A stretch of DNA of 64,000 nt from a bacterium (GCA_003252295.1 QKEV01000003.1:64701-128700); one strand, 5' to 3'. Shown: positions 35,930-46,413, counted from the first letter of the stretch. Notes: generated by a model not told the origin, from the sequence alone. Numbers and translations are program-made.

Positions 35930-36154
35930 ATGAATAAATGGATCACGGGAATTATTGTGATCGTGGTAGTTTTTGGAGCGTTGTACTTCATGATGCGAAC
36001 ATCAAGTACTACAACTTCTCAAGACGCAAGAACTGGTAGTTCTGCAGCTTTAGAAGAGGGAAGTAGTGATGTATCTACTGAGATACAAAATATAGAGGCT
36101 GATGAAATGGAAGCTGAAACAGCTCTCGATGAAATGGAGGCAAAGACCTTTTAA
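35930..36154 (+). CDS. Small membrane protein with acidic C-terminal tail
   Basis: TM ITGIIVIVVVFGALYFMM, then a Ser/Thr/Glu-rich tail. Confidence 0.4.
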   Translation: MNKWITGIIVIVVVFGALYFMMRTSSTTTSQDARTGSSAALEEGSSDVSTEIQNIEADEMEAETALDEMEAKTF

Positions 36155-36180
36155 TTATTAATTCTAGTTTAGAAAAACGT

Positions 36181-36804
36181 ATGAAAAATATACTAGGAGG
36201 TGTGGCTGCAGTCATGATACTTTTTGCTGCTGTACCGGTGTTTGCACAGACAGATACATTTGATGTGCACGCTTTGGTTCAAGAACTGCAGGTGCAGTAT
36301 GATGCCTTGAAAGAACAGGTGGATGCAGGAGATATGACAGCAGAAGAAGCGCTTGCACAGTGGCAGGTAATAATGGACGATGCTTGGGCGCAGAAAGAAG
36401 CATTTTTTGATGCACGTTTGGAACGTGTGCAGTCACGTATAGAGGCAGTTGCGGGTGATGATGAAGAACGTGCAGCACTCCTTGAAGACCAATTAACGAC
36501 ACTTAAAGAACGAAGACAGGAACGTGCTGAAATACACACCAAGCTTCGAAATGGGGAAATAACTCTTGAGGAGGCGCAGCAACTTCGTACTGAGTTGCGT
36601 ACCCAGATCCGTGCTGGTGAGGGAATGATGCGAAGTAGTGATGGAACAGGACAAGGTGCTGGTCCAGGAACAGGAATGGGAACGCCACCTGAGGGTGCTG
36701 GAATGGGAACACCACCAGAAGGAGTGCCGGGTGACGGCACTGGTACACCACCGGAAGATGCAGGAGGTCCTATGGGAGGAGGTGCTCGACGAGGAGGTAA
36801 CTAA
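36181..36804 (+). CDS. Secreted coiled-coil protein with Gly/Pro-rich C-terminal repeats
   Basis: Signal peptide ILGGVAAVMILFAAVPVFAQ, heptad-rich helix, then the tandem 27-nt repeat GAGMGTPPEG x2 (36672-36730). Confidence 0.5.
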   Translation: MKNILGGVAAVMILFAAVPVFAQTDTFDVHALVQELQVQYDALKEQVDAGDMTAEEALAQWQVIMDDAWAQKEAFFDARLERVQSRIEAVAGDDEERAALLEDQLTTLKERRQERAEIHTKLRNGEITLEEAQQLRTELRTQIRAGEGMMRSSDGTGQGAGPGTGMGTPPEGAGMGTPPEGVPGDGTGTPPEDAGGPMGGGARRGGN

Positions 36805-36813
36805 GGGTAAGAA

Positions 36814-36876
36814 AAAAGAGCCGGCAGTACCAGTCTATAGTAGCTAGACTGGTACTGCCGGCTCTTTTGTTTTGTA
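36814..36876 (+). terminator. Strong rho-independent terminator (24-bp perfect stem)
   Basis: aaaagagccggcagtaccagtcta-tagtagc-tagactggtactgccggctctttt plus gttttg. Confidence 0.8.
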
Positions 36877-36902
36877 TTTTTGCAAAATGGTATACTTGCA
36901 GG

Positions 36903-38132
36903 ATGAAAATACAAACACCATACACACCACCAAAAAAGGTACTAGAACGCTACGCAGATGTTCTCGTGAACTTTGCCTTGAATAGTGGCGAGGGTATCAA
37001 GAAAGGAGAGGTGGTCGTTGTCTCAGCGAATGAGGCAGCTAAACCGCTCTTTGCAGAGGTGCTCCATGCTATTTGGAAGGCAGGTGGTCATACGATACAG
37101 AACTACTTGCCAAGCAATGAGTTATGGTTTGCTTTCGATAGAGCGTTCTATGAGTGTGCGGAAGATCATCAGATAACACACTTTCCTAGAAAGTATTTTA
37201 AAGGGCTTGCGGATGAAGCAGACCACAACATTTTTATCACTTCAAAGACTGATATAACATCACTTCAAGGTGTTGATCCAGAGAGGATAATGAAACGACA
37301 GTCAGTGCACAAGCCGTACCATGAATGGAGAGATAAAAAGGAATATGCAGGAAAGTTTACCTGGACTGTTGGATTGTACGGTACACCGCAGTTGGCAAAA
37401 GAAGCGGGACTCAGTGAGCGTGCATACTGGAACCAGATAGTGAAAGCGTGTTTCCTCGATGAGAAGGATCCGGTGAAAAAATGGAAAGAGGTGTACAAAA
37501 TGATGGATACGTACATCAAAAAACTCAACACACTCGATATAGATAGGTTGCATGTAGAGGGACGAGATGTAGATCTCTGGCTCACGTTAGGTGAGAAGAG
37601 AAAATGGATAGGTGGTAGCGGTAGGAATATTCCAAGTTTTGAGATATTTACCTCACCTGACTGGCGAGGGACAGAAGGGTGGATACGGTTTAACCAGCCA
37701 CTCTACGTGTATGGCAACTTGATAGATGGTATAGAGCTTGAGTTTGAGAAAGGGAAGGTGGTGAAGAGTAGTGCAAAGAAAAACAAGCAGGTACTCAAGA
37801 GTATGGTAGCTTCAAAGAATGCGGACAAGGTGGGAGAGTTCTCGCTTACCGATAGTCGTTTCTCTCGTATCACAAAGTTTATGGCGGAAACACTCTATGA
37901 TGAGAATGTGGGTGGTAAGTATGGTAATACGCATATAGCGCTCGGTGACTCATACCGTGACTGCTTTGATGGAGATCCTATGAAGGTAAAGAAGGTAGAA
38001 TGGAAAAAAATGGGCTTCAATGATTCACCAGTGCACACAGATATCGTTTCCACCACTGACAGGACGGTAACTGCATACCTGAAAAACGGAAAGGAACAGG
38101 TCATCTTTGAGAAGGGTCAGTTTATTTTGTAA
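36903..38132 (+). CDS. Aminopeptidase, M29 family (AmpS/PepS-like)
   Basis: N-terminal LERYADVLVNFALNSGEGIKKGEVVVVSANEAAKPLFAEVLHAIWKAGG matches the M29 pattern, and the length fits. Confidence 0.65.
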   Translation: MKIQTPYTPPKKVLERYADVLVNFALNSGEGIKKGEVVVVSANEAAKPLFAEVLHAIWKAGGHTIQNYLPSNELWFAFDRAFYECAEDHQITHFPRKYFKGLADEADHNIFITSKTDITSLQGVDPERIMKRQSVHKPYHEWRDKKEYAGKFTWTVGLYGTPQLAKEAGLSERAYWNQIVKACFLDEKDPVKKWKEVYKMMDTYIKKLNTLDIDRLHVEGRDVDLWLTLGEKRKWIGGSGRNIPSFEIFTSPDWRGTEGWIRFNQPLYVYGNLIDGIELEFEKGKVVKSSAKKNKQVLKSMVASKNADKVGEFSLTDSRFSRITKFMAETLYDENVGGKYGNTHIALGDSYRDCFDGDPMKVKKVEWKKMGFNDSPVHTDIVSTTDRTVTAYLKNGKEQVIFEKGQFIL

Positions 38133-38141
38133 TATAGGTCT

Positions 38142-38543
38142 ATGAAGTTACAAGTTGGCGTAAAGGTGTTGCTCAAAAATGAAGAAGGTAAGTACCTGTT
38201 GCTGCACAGGAATACAGAGAAGTACAAGGGGGTGCAGGGTGAGTGGGATATTGTTGGCGGGCGCATAGACCCAGGTACCCCACTTATAGAAAATTTACAA
38301 AGAGAAGTGTATGAAGAAACAGGTCTCACGTTAAGTACTGAGCTGACACTCATTGCGGCTCAGGATATTCTCCTAGAGGAGAAGCATATCGTACGACTCA
38401 CCTACATAGGAAGTGCAGAGGGAGATATGGTGCTCGATACTAGTGAAAATGATCAGTACCGTTGGTACACCAAAGAGGAAATGGAGCAGGAAGAGAATTT
38501 AGATAGGTATCTACGTGAGGTTGTGGTAAATAACTTAAACTAA
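38142..38543 (+). CDS. NUDIX hydrolase
   Basis: Nudix box GGRIDPGTPLIENLQREVYEETGL. Confidence 0.75.
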   Translation: MKLQVGVKVLLKNEEGKYLLLHRNTEKYKGVQGEWDIVGGRIDPGTPLIENLQREVYEETGLTLSTELTLIAAQDILLEEKHIVRLTYIGSAEGDMVLDTSENDQYRWYTKEEMEQEENLDRYLREVVVNNLN

Positions 38544-38545
38544 CA

Positions 38546-39115
38546 ATGAAAAACGCAATTATTTTACACGGCACATCAGATAAGGAGGAGTACTATTCAG
38601 CAGAGTATCCCTCGTCAAGTAACTTCCATTGGCTTCCTTGGCTACAGAAGCAGCTACTCATGCATGATATACCAGCAGCAACACCAGAAGTACCAAATGC
38701 ATATGAACCAGAGTATTCTATCTGGAAGAGAGAGTTTGAGCGTTTTGATGTTACCTCAGAAACTATTCTTGTAGGACACTCTTGTGGAGGTGGTTTTTTG
38801 GTGCGATGGCTTTCAGAACATAAAGACGTAACGGTAGGAAAGGTAGTCTTGGTTGCCCCATGGCTTGACCCAAACAATAGGAAAGGAAATCAGTTCTTTG
38901 ATTTTACTATTGACCCTGAGTTTACTGCGCGTACAAAAGGAATAACTATTTTCAATAGTGATAATGATATGGAAGAGGTACAGGAAAGTGTGCGGCAGAT
39001 ACGTGACAAAGTAAAAAACATTGAGTACAGAGAGTTTACAAATCACGGACATTTTTGCTTAAAGGATCTAGGCACAGAAGCTTTTCCAGAACTACTCAAA
39101 GAAGTCTTAAAATAA
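38546..39115 (+). CDS. Alpha/beta-fold serine hydrolase (RBBP9/YdeN-like)
   Basis: Nucleophile elbow GHSCGG and a C-terminal His (NHGHF). Size ~190 aa, typical of PF06821. Confidence 0.6.
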   Translation: MKNAIILHGTSDKEEYYSAEYPSSSNFHWLPWLQKQLLMHDIPAATPEVPNAYEPEYSIWKREFERFDVTSETILVGHSCGGGFLVRWLSEHKDVTVGKVVLVAPWLDPNNRKGNQFFDFTIDPEFTARTKGITIFNSDNDMEEVQESVRQIRDKVKNIEYREFTNHGHFCLKDLGTEAFPELLKEVLK

Positions 39116-39119
39116 TGCT

Positions 39120-39362
39120 ATGACAGAAGTATATGCAGAAGCAGGTATAGGGAATGGAACGTTTTTCTCGACTGAGTACGAGGAGGGGGAGAAGGAGTGG
39201 CGCGTTCCTAGGTTTGAAAAACCCAAGAAAGTGTATGGGTACTATATACGTATATGGGTCTTCAAACATATGTTTGCGTTTACAACGTATGAAGGAATGA
39301 AGTATAAGAAAAAGAACCGCAACACCTTCAAACTACTCTTTGGTATTGGGGGTGAGGTGTAA
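39120..39362 (+). CDS. Hypothetical protein (80 aa)
   Basis: ORF only. Confidence 0.3.
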   Translation: MTEVYAEAGIGNGTFFSTEYEEGEKEWRVPRFEKPKKVYGYYIRIWVFKHMFAFTTYEGMKYKKKNRNTFKLLFGIGGEV

Positions 39363-39426
39363 AAGATTCAGGTGATTATTCAGGTGATAAATACCCAAAG
39401 GGCACATGTCACCTGAATAAAAACTA

Positions 39427-39451
39427 CCCCGACACAGTGTGTCGGGGTTTC
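39427..39451 (+). terminator. Rho-independent terminator
   Basis: ccccgacac-agt-gtgtcgggg plus tttcat. Confidence 0.55.
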
Positions 39452-39494
39452 ATAAAGATAAAGTTCTTATGCGCAGTCTTTTTTTAAGACCGAC

Positions 39495-39737
39495 TTATTT
39501 TTTTGCGACGAACATGTTCTCGAGGTTTTCCCGTGTGAGGATTTCCACGACGAGCATAAGACGGTCAGGTTTTACACCAAGCTCACTTGCGATTTCATCG
39601 ATTTCCTCAAGAAGTCTTGCTTCGAGGTGCATATGTTTCGCTAAGTGGTGACGTGTAAATGCTATTGCAATGGCACCCATTTCTTCTTGAGACATTTCGA
39701 GCTTTCGCTCTGGAAAAGTGTGTACATTTTGAGACAT
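39495..39737 (-). CDS. Hypothetical protein (80 aa)
   Basis: ORF with a helical His-rich segment; no motif recognised. Confidence 0.3.
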   Translation of the reverse strand: MSQNVHTFPERKLEMSQEEMGAIAIAFTRHHLAKHMHLEARLLEEIDEIASELGVKPDRLMLVVEILTRENLENMFVAKK

Positions 39738-39841
39738 AGTGTCCTCCTTGCAAAAGTACCGTATTCCTTACGGCAGGGTAGTTGAAAGAATCTCAATCTG
39801 ACTGTCTTGAATATACACTAAAAATAGTGTTATGTCAATAC

Positions 39842-40102
39842 CTATCCTCTCGCTAGTAGTCTGATAGCTTCGTTGATCTGCTCCTCACGTTGCTCTTTGG
39901 GAAGTTTTTCGCACTTGTGTATGTGATGAGCAATGTACTCCTCGCTCACACCCTGCAGTGCACTTCGAGCAGCTTTTACCTGGGTGATGAACTCTTTACA
40001 GTCAGCACAGGTACCTCCTTCAATGATGCGTTTTAGGGCACGGATCTGACCTTCCGCTCTATTTAGTCGGTGTATGAGCTTAGTTGATGATTCTTTATCC
40101 AT
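39842..40102 (-). CDS. CsoR/RcnR-family metal-sensing transcriptional repressor
   Basis: LIHRLNRAEGQIRALKRIIEGGTCADCKEFITQVKAARSAL...HHIHKC matches the DUF156/CsoR pattern, including the Cys and His ligands. Divergent from the MFP-RND genes. Confidence 0.75.
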   Translation of the reverse strand: MDKESSTKLIHRLNRAEGQIRALKRIIEGGTCADCKEFITQVKAARSALQGVSEEYIAHHIHKCEKLPKEQREEQINEAIRLLARG

Positions 40103-40185
40103 GCACACATTATACATATATACGGCTTGGGGTACATACAAAACACTTGACTTATATATACCCCTAGGGGTATACTACACCAACT

Positions 40186-41775
40186 ATGAAAATAAGCAAT
40201 AAGCAGGCACGTGTACTTGGAGCAGGGGCAGTAACCCTTGCGCTTTTTAGTATACTCTACGTATTTATAGGTAATAAAGATGAGGAGGTGAGAGTCACAA
40301 AGGTGCAGGATGAGGTGTATCTAGAAAAGGCAGATACCATACCGGTACGTGTTTCAGGGGTACTCACTGCCGCTGACACAATGGTGGTGTACGCGGAAAC
40401 TTCGGGAAACGTGAACCATATTGCTCGTGAAGGTGATACGGTTGGGGTGGGTACACTCATTGCACAGCTCGATGCACCGGTAACACAAGCCCAGCTGTCA
40501 CTTTCAAATGCACAGAGTGCACTCACGAGCTCACAGCAGCAGCTGGCACTGGAGACCGCCAACATGCAACGTATTGCACAAGACAGTGCTTATGAGAGTG
40601 CGACGAGTATTGCGACACTGCGCAGTGTCGGTAATGAGTCACAGGTACGTATCACTCGTACGCAGCTCCTAGCAGGTATTGAGCAGTCGCTCCTCACGAG
40701 TGTACGAGCACTCGACTACATAGACACCAACAGGCGCTTGTTTACGAGTGATGGTATGGATGAGTACAAGCTCGCTGTTGAAGCACTCTATGGTAGTAAC
40801 CCAAACTTCTTACGTTCAGGAATGCTTTCTGCAAGTACCGGTGATGATAGTGAACTCTTAGAACGACTCCATACACTGCAGGGAAATGATGAAGCAGATG
40901 TTGCCGCGGTACTTCTCTTGGCAACCGATACAAACGTCGTCTTGAACCGCATACACAACGCCCTCATGACCGGTGAAGAAGATGCACTCGATGAGCGGGA
41001 GACACAGGTGGGTGGTGATGTGTACGAATCATACATGGCGATGCGCAGTGCGATAGTAAATGCAAAGACAAACCTTTCTTCATACAAACTTGCGCTTCAG
41101 GCAGCACAAGATGCAGCACAGCAAGATAGTGTCGTCCAGGTGACGAATACCAAGGTTACTGACGCGAGTGCAGCACTGGCACGGAGTGCCGCAGAGCTGC
41201 AAGCTTCCATAGATGAGCAGGCGCAGAGTGTTGCACGGTCAAACTCAGAGGTGCTCCGCGCACAGTTGAGTCTCGCGTACACACAAGCACCGTTTGCTGG
41301 TGTGGTGAGTAAGGTGTATGTAGAAGACGGTGAGTATGTGACACCAGGGACACCGCTTTTAGAGCTTCGGGGAACGGGAGTGTATGAGGTGGCAGTGACT
41401 GTGCCGGCTGAGTTTGCCTCATACGTTGCTAAGGGTCAGCCGTTTACCATAGACGGTGCCACTATTGGGTACGTTGATCGATTTGCACCGGTCTTACAGA
41501 ACGGTGCACTTGAAGTATTCCTTGTTGTTGGTGGTGACTCATACAGGAGTGGCGAGGTGCTTGCCGGAACACTCGAACTTGCAAGTACGAATGGTGATGT
41601 GTACAGCATTGGGCGAGAGTACGTACACTTTAGCAGTACCGGTCCGTACGTTCGCTTTACTGACAATGAGTCAACATCGGTTGCTGTCGTGTATGACAGG
41701 GGAGATACACTCTACGTAAAACCAGTACAGGTACGTGAGACAGCACTCCTCTCAGCAGTTGGTGGAACACTCTAA
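40186..41775 (+). CDS. RND-type efflux periplasmic adaptor (membrane fusion protein)
   Basis: N-terminal TM, long coiled-coils, and C-terminal PFAGVVSKVYVEDGEYVTPGTPLLELRG... beta-barrel motifs. Immediately upstream of the RND pump. Confidence 0.7.
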   Translation: MKISNKQARVLGAGAVTLALFSILYVFIGNKDEEVRVTKVQDEVYLEKADTIPVRVSGVLTAADTMVVYAETSGNVNHIAREGDTVGVGTLIAQLDAPVTQAQLSLSNAQSALTSSQQQLALETANMQRIAQDSAYESATSIATLRSVGNESQVRITRTQLLAGIEQSLLTSVRALDYIDTNRRLFTSDGMDEYKLAVEALYGSNPNFLRSGMLSASTGDDSELLERLHTLQGNDEADVAAVLLLATDTNVVLNRIHNALMTGEEDALDERETQVGGDVYESYMAMRSAIVNAKTNLSSYKLALQAAQDAAQQDSVVQVTNTKVTDASAALARSAAELQASIDEQAQSVARSNSEVLRAQLSLAYTQAPFAGVVSKVYVEDGEYVTPGTPLLELRGTGVYEVAVTVPAEFASYVAKGQPFTIDGATIGYVDRFAPVLQNGALEVFLVVGGDSYRSGEVLAGTLELASTNGDVYSIGREYVHFSSTGPYVRFTDNESTSVAVVYDRGDTLYVKPVQVRETALLSAVGGTL

Positions 41776-41787
41776 CAGACAGGCATC

Positions 41788-44700
41788 ATGGAAGAAGATA
41801 AACATATAAATATAGTTGGGCGCGTGAGTCACTTCTTTACGACACATAGACCGCTCTCTGTACTCTTACTCATTACCTCACTCGTTTTCGGGATAGTGTC
41901 ATTCTACCTTACGCCGAAGCAGTACAATCCTGAGATAAAACGTCCTGCCTTTGCTATATCACTCGACTACAGTGGTGCAACGATACAGGAGTCACTCGAT
42001 AGGGTGGTGTATGAGATGGTGGAGAAGGTGGGTACCGTGCCTGGTGTTGATGATATCTATACGCAAGTCACTGATGGATCGCACATTGTCACAACAGTCA
42101 TCTTTGAAGTGGGGTATGACACCACGAAGGCGAAGGTGGACCTCACGACACAGCTCAACCAGCACAGCTACCTTGCACGTGGCTTCATATCCGTACCAAG
42201 CATCATCGAGATAAACCCGGAGACGGTCCCCGTGCTTCAGGTGGTCTTTGGGTCTCCTACACTCACGCTCACTGAACTACGTGAACGTGTTGTTACGCTC
42301 TCACATGCGCTCACGCAAATAGAGAACGTCAGTGAGGTGTCTGTGACCGGTGCGTACAGAGAGGTGCTCAAGGTGGAGGTAGATCCGGCAAAGCTCTTAG
42401 CGTACAACCTCACTGTTGAGGAGGTTGCACAGGTGCTCACGAGTAGTCAAAACAGGACAGTGCAGAACGGTGTGGTGAACGACGAGTACCAAATAGAGAT
42501 AGTCTACGACGCTCGCGCTAATTCTCCCGAAGAAGTGGGGTCTCGTGAAGTGAGGAGTGGTGTCCTCGTGCGTGACGTTGCTCATGTATACGTGGGAAGT
42601 AGTAACGGACGTTCGTACGTACTGCATACGAGCAAAGAGAGTGGTACACAGAGTGAGGTGGTCATGCTCTCTGTTGCAAAAGTGGAGGGTTCGAGTGCTC
42701 CTGTTGTGACGAGAGCTGTGCAGGACGAGATAGAACTACTACTCGAGCAAGATGCGTACGCCGGTGTGGAATATCGAGTAGTTGGTGATGATGGTAAAAC
42801 AGCATCAAATGCCATTAACGGTCTCACACAAAACCTCATTACCTCTATCGTGATTGTGGCATTGGTACTCTTCCTCTTTCTCTCGGTACGAGCCGCACTC
42901 GTGGTCTTGGTTGCTATACCGGTCACACTACTCATTGTCTTTGGACTCGGCTACCTCTTTGGAGAAACGATTAACCGTATCACCCTCTTTGCACTCATCC
43001 TCTCTCTCGGTCTCCTCGTAGACTCTGCGATTGTGGTAGTTGAAAACATATACAGTCATTTGAAATATGCTCACGGTAGCGCATCTCCAAAGAATCGAGA
43101 AAAGGTAATAGCACATGCGGTGCATGAGATAGGGGTCGGTCTCTTACTCTCAACGGTCACCTCGGTTATCGTGTTTCTCCCGATGCGCTACATCACCGGC
43201 ATGATGGGACCCTACATGGGACCGATAGCGTTCTTCGTTCCAGCTGCACTCATCATTTCTCTCTTGGTAGCAATCGTAGTGACGCCGTTCATTGCCTCAC
43301 ACCTCTTGAAGGGGGAGGAGAAAGAGACTCGTTTGAGTCGTGCTGTGAATAGGTACGTAGAAAAGGTGACCAGTTTTTACACTCGAGTCCTCACAGCTAT
43401 AGTACACAGTAGGAGCAACCAAAAGAAGCTGCTCCTTGGGGCACTCATGCTCTTTGGTGTATCACTCCTCTTGCCGCTCTCTGGGTTAGTGCATTTCCAG
43501 ATGCTTCCACGTGCTGACCAAGATCAGTTTTACGTGTACTACGATGGTCCTACCGGTACGTCAGTAGAACGTACGAAGGAGACGACTACTCGTTGCGTAC
43601 TTTTCAGAGTATGAAGCAGTGGAGAGTATACAGAGCTTTGTTGCTACAGCACCAATACTTGATTTCAATGGACTCTTTAAGGGTGCGCAAAATAGGAGCG
43701 CTGCAAACCAGTCGACACTCCGTGTGAACATAACACCGAGCGATGAACGGAGCTTGAGTTCAAGTGATGTGGTGAGTGACCTGCGTCACCTGCTCAAAGC
43801 AACGTACCCTGAGATTGCAGAAGACGTGCAGTTTATTGAGGAGCCACCTGGTCCACCGGTTCGTGCAACACTCGTTGCAAAGGTACTCAATGAGGATGAG
43901 GATGTACGTAACCACTTTGCCAATGCACTTGCAACGTATATGGATACACGCGAAGGAGTAGAAGATGTTCACGTGCAGCGGGATGATGCGACGGGACGCG
44001 TAGTGTATACACTCAACCATGACGCACTTCGTGAGTATGGGGTAACGCAGAGTGCTGTAGAGAATATGCTCACCCTCATGCAGAGCGGTATTGAGGTGTC
44101 AGAGTTCTCCTCAGCACGGTCTAATGAGTACAGTCCTGTTATTTTGTCACTCGGGTATGCTGACCGTTCAGCACCATCGAGTATCGATACACTGTACGTG
44201 AGGAGTGGTACGGGAACACTCATTCCACTTTCGTCGGTAGTAGACATTAGCTACGAGGAGCGTCCTTCTGTTGTGATGCTCGAGGATGGTCTCCTTACGA
44301 CCTACGTGACCGCTGAGGTGGAGAACAGGTCTATTGTGTACGTTGTCATAGAACTCATGCGAGGACTCATTACTGGCGATGTTCCTGGATACAAGGTTAC
44401 TGATTGGGGGCTGTTCTCACTCACCCTTACGGATGAGGACGGGGAACAGGTGCAGCTTGTCTGGGGTGGTGAATGGGAGATGACGCTCGAGAACTTCCGT
44501 GATCTCGGTATAGCTATGGGTGTTGCTCTCATGCTCGTCTATGCGGTCTTAGTGGCACAGTACAATCGCTTTGCGACACCTGCTTTCATACTGGTCACGG
44601 TACCACTCGGGCTTGTGGGCATACTGTGGGGTTTTCTGGTGCTCGATACGGTGTTCGGTGTTTACCTCACTGCTACGGCACTCATTGGCTTTATAGCGCT

Positions 44701-44983
44701 CATAGGACTCGTGGTGAACAATGCCATTATCTACCTTGAGTACGTTGAACAGGCACAGAACGAAGGCGCTGCTTTTAGAGATGCGCTTGTTGAGGCAGGG
44801 CGGGCACGGTTGCGTCCAATCGTACTCACTTCGTTCACTACTATTCTCGGAAGCTTAACGATAGCAGGTGACCCGGTATGGTCGGGGCTCGCATGGGCGA
44901 TCGTGTTCGGTCTTTCACTTTCGACAGTACTTACGCTCGTTGTGTATCCGACTTTGCTCGTCTTCTTCACTAATAAAGATTAA
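41788..44983 (+). pseudogene. RND family efflux transporter (AcrB/CusA-like) split by a 1-nt frameshift near 43585-43590 (ORFs 41788-43614 and 43619-44983)
   Basis: The N-ORF covers TM1, periplasmic loop 1, TM2-7 and the start of loop 2 (...LPRADQDQFYVYYDGPTGTSVERTKETT). The C-ORF continues loop 2 in another frame (...AYFSEYEAVESIQSFVA...) through TM8-12. The combined length of ~1060 aa is that of a single RND protein. Confidence 0.65.
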
Positions 44984-45001
44984 AAAATAACAAATAAGAT
45001 C

Positions 45002-45247
45002 ATGTTTGCACTACATACAAAAAATATTACCGAAGAGGTAACACTGAAGCAGCTTCCCACACTACGGCAATCATTTGTTGTGGCGTCACTACTCATCATT
45101 ACAGGGGTAGTTCTTGCACACTATGTACACGAATGGTTCATTGCACTCTCACTTCTTGTTGCCGGTGGACTCATGTTTTCAGGAACGGTTGGCTTCTGCC
45201 CTATGGTGCTCATATTGCAAAAGATGCCGTGGAACAAGGGAGAGTAA
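45002..45247 (+). CDS. DUF2892 (YgaP-like) small membrane protein
   Basis: Two TM helices with the conserved GxCP segment (GTVGFCPMVLIL). Confidence 0.6.
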   Translation: MFALHTKNITEEVTLKQLPTLRQSFVVASLLIITGVVLAHYVHEWFIALSLLVAGGLMFSGTVGFCPMVLILQKMPWNKGE

Positions 45248-45337
45248 ATTGTTGACGACATTCACGTGAGCAGGTACCCTGTGACTCGGAGTTTTGTGTA
45301 ATAGAAACAAATATAGAACCTTTACGAGGAGAGTTGT

Positions 45338-45541
45338 GTGACGAAGGGTAAGAAAGAAAAGAAACTGTATAGAGTTGAGGAACATCATGTTGCTCTTTCA
45401 AGCGGGTATGCTTGCTGTCCCATAGTGACCATGTCACGTAAAGATGAATACGTAATCAGGAATGGTATTGGCAACAAGGTGGTACTCAATACTGAGGAGT
45501 TCAATGCTCTTCGTCAAGCATTTCAGGATGGTGTTTTGTAG
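45338..45541 (+). CDS. DUF397-like small protein
   Basis: SSGYACCPIVTMSRKDEYVIRNGIGNKVVLNTEEFNALRQAFQDG parallels DUF397 (SSYS..GECVEVA....VAVRDSK.P.GP.L.F...EW.AFV.GVK.G). Confidence 0.4.
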   Translation: MTKGKKEKKLYRVEEHHVALSSGYACCPIVTMSRKDEYVIRNGIGNKVVLNTEEFNALRQAFQDGVL

Positions 45542-45556
45542 TTTCATATTGTTTAT

Positions 45557-45584
45557 AAGCCCGGTCACCATGTACCGGGCTTTT
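45557..45584 (+). terminator. Rho-independent terminator
   Basis: aagcccggt-caccatgt-accgggctttt. Confidence 0.7.
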
Positions 45585-45672
45585 GCTATGTAATAGGTTG
45601 TTGTTGAAAAAAAGTGAATACTATGGAATAGTGGTGCCAGAAAACCACAATCATTTACAGGAGGAAGATGCT

Positions 45673-46071
45673 ATGAAAAAAAGAGGACTTCATTCTTGTG
45701 TATTCATGTTGAGTCTTTTCTTTACCATGCTCTGCGGCTTTTGTTTTTTTGGTGAGCCGAATGAGAACATGGTTGATCTGTGTTCGACACTGCTGCAGAT
45801 AACACTATTTTGTATATTCATCACTGTCTGTGGTGCTTGTATATTACTCATGTATCGGTACACAGAGAAGGTGACACCAAAAAAGGCAGAAACTGATTTC
45901 TCAACTTTAAGTGCTCTTTGTACGCTCCCTGACGGGATATGCTCAAAGGAACGTATGAGGGAGATCATCAAGAAGCCAAGTATTGTTGACCCAAAACCTC
46001 GGGATGAGGAGTTAAAAAGAAAGGTCGAAAAGTTTTTTACTGAGACCTTGCGTCATGGTAAGAGGTTCTAG
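45673..46071 (+). CDS. Hypothetical membrane protein
   Basis: ATG at 45673 is preceded by a GGAGGA RBS. Two TM helices, then a basic C-terminus. Confidence 0.4.
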   Translation: MKKRGLHSCVFMLSLFFTMLCGFCFFGEPNENMVDLCSTLLQITLFCIFITVCGACILLMYRYTEKVTPKKAETDFSTLSALCTLPDGICSKERMREIIKKPSIVDPKPRDEELKRKVEKFFTETLRHGKRF

Positions 46072-46140
46072 TTGTATCGAAAGTTTTTATGAAAGCAGGC
46101 ACTTGTGCCTGCTTTTCTATTGCACTGTATACTTACATGC

Positions 46141-46401
46141 ATGGGTGAAGAAAACATATGGTATGTCTACATGCTGGAGTGTGGGGATGGATCGCTGTAT
46201 ACAGGCGTGACGACCGACCTATCACGGAGAGTGACAGAACACAGGGAAGGGCGAGGGGCAAAGTACACAAAGATGAAAGGAGTACGGGATCTTGTGTACC
46301 ATGAACAACGTTCAACAAAGTCAGAAGCACTGCAGAGAGAAGCAGCAATCAAGCATATGAGTAGGAAACAGAAGCAATTGCTCCTCGAAGATAAAAAATA
46401 G
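46141..46401 (+). CDS. GIY-YIG nuclease domain protein (UPF0213/YhbQ-like)
   Basis: WYVYMLECGDGSLYTGVTTDLSRRVTEHREG...TKMKGVRDLVYHEQ matches the GIY-YIG core (Y..YG.T.DL.RR..EH). Confidence 0.7.
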   Translation: MGEENIWYVYMLECGDGSLYTGVTTDLSRRVTEHREGRGAKYTKMKGVRDLVYHEQRSTKSEALQREAAIKHMSRKQKQLLLEDKK

Positions 46402-46413
46402 ATATATAAAAAC

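Noticed and set aside
36212-36751. Minus-strand ORFs antisense to the secreted coiled-coil protein gene
   Set aside because: They are antisense low-complexity frames of a GC-richer repetitive coding region. The sense gene has a clear signal peptide and terminator.
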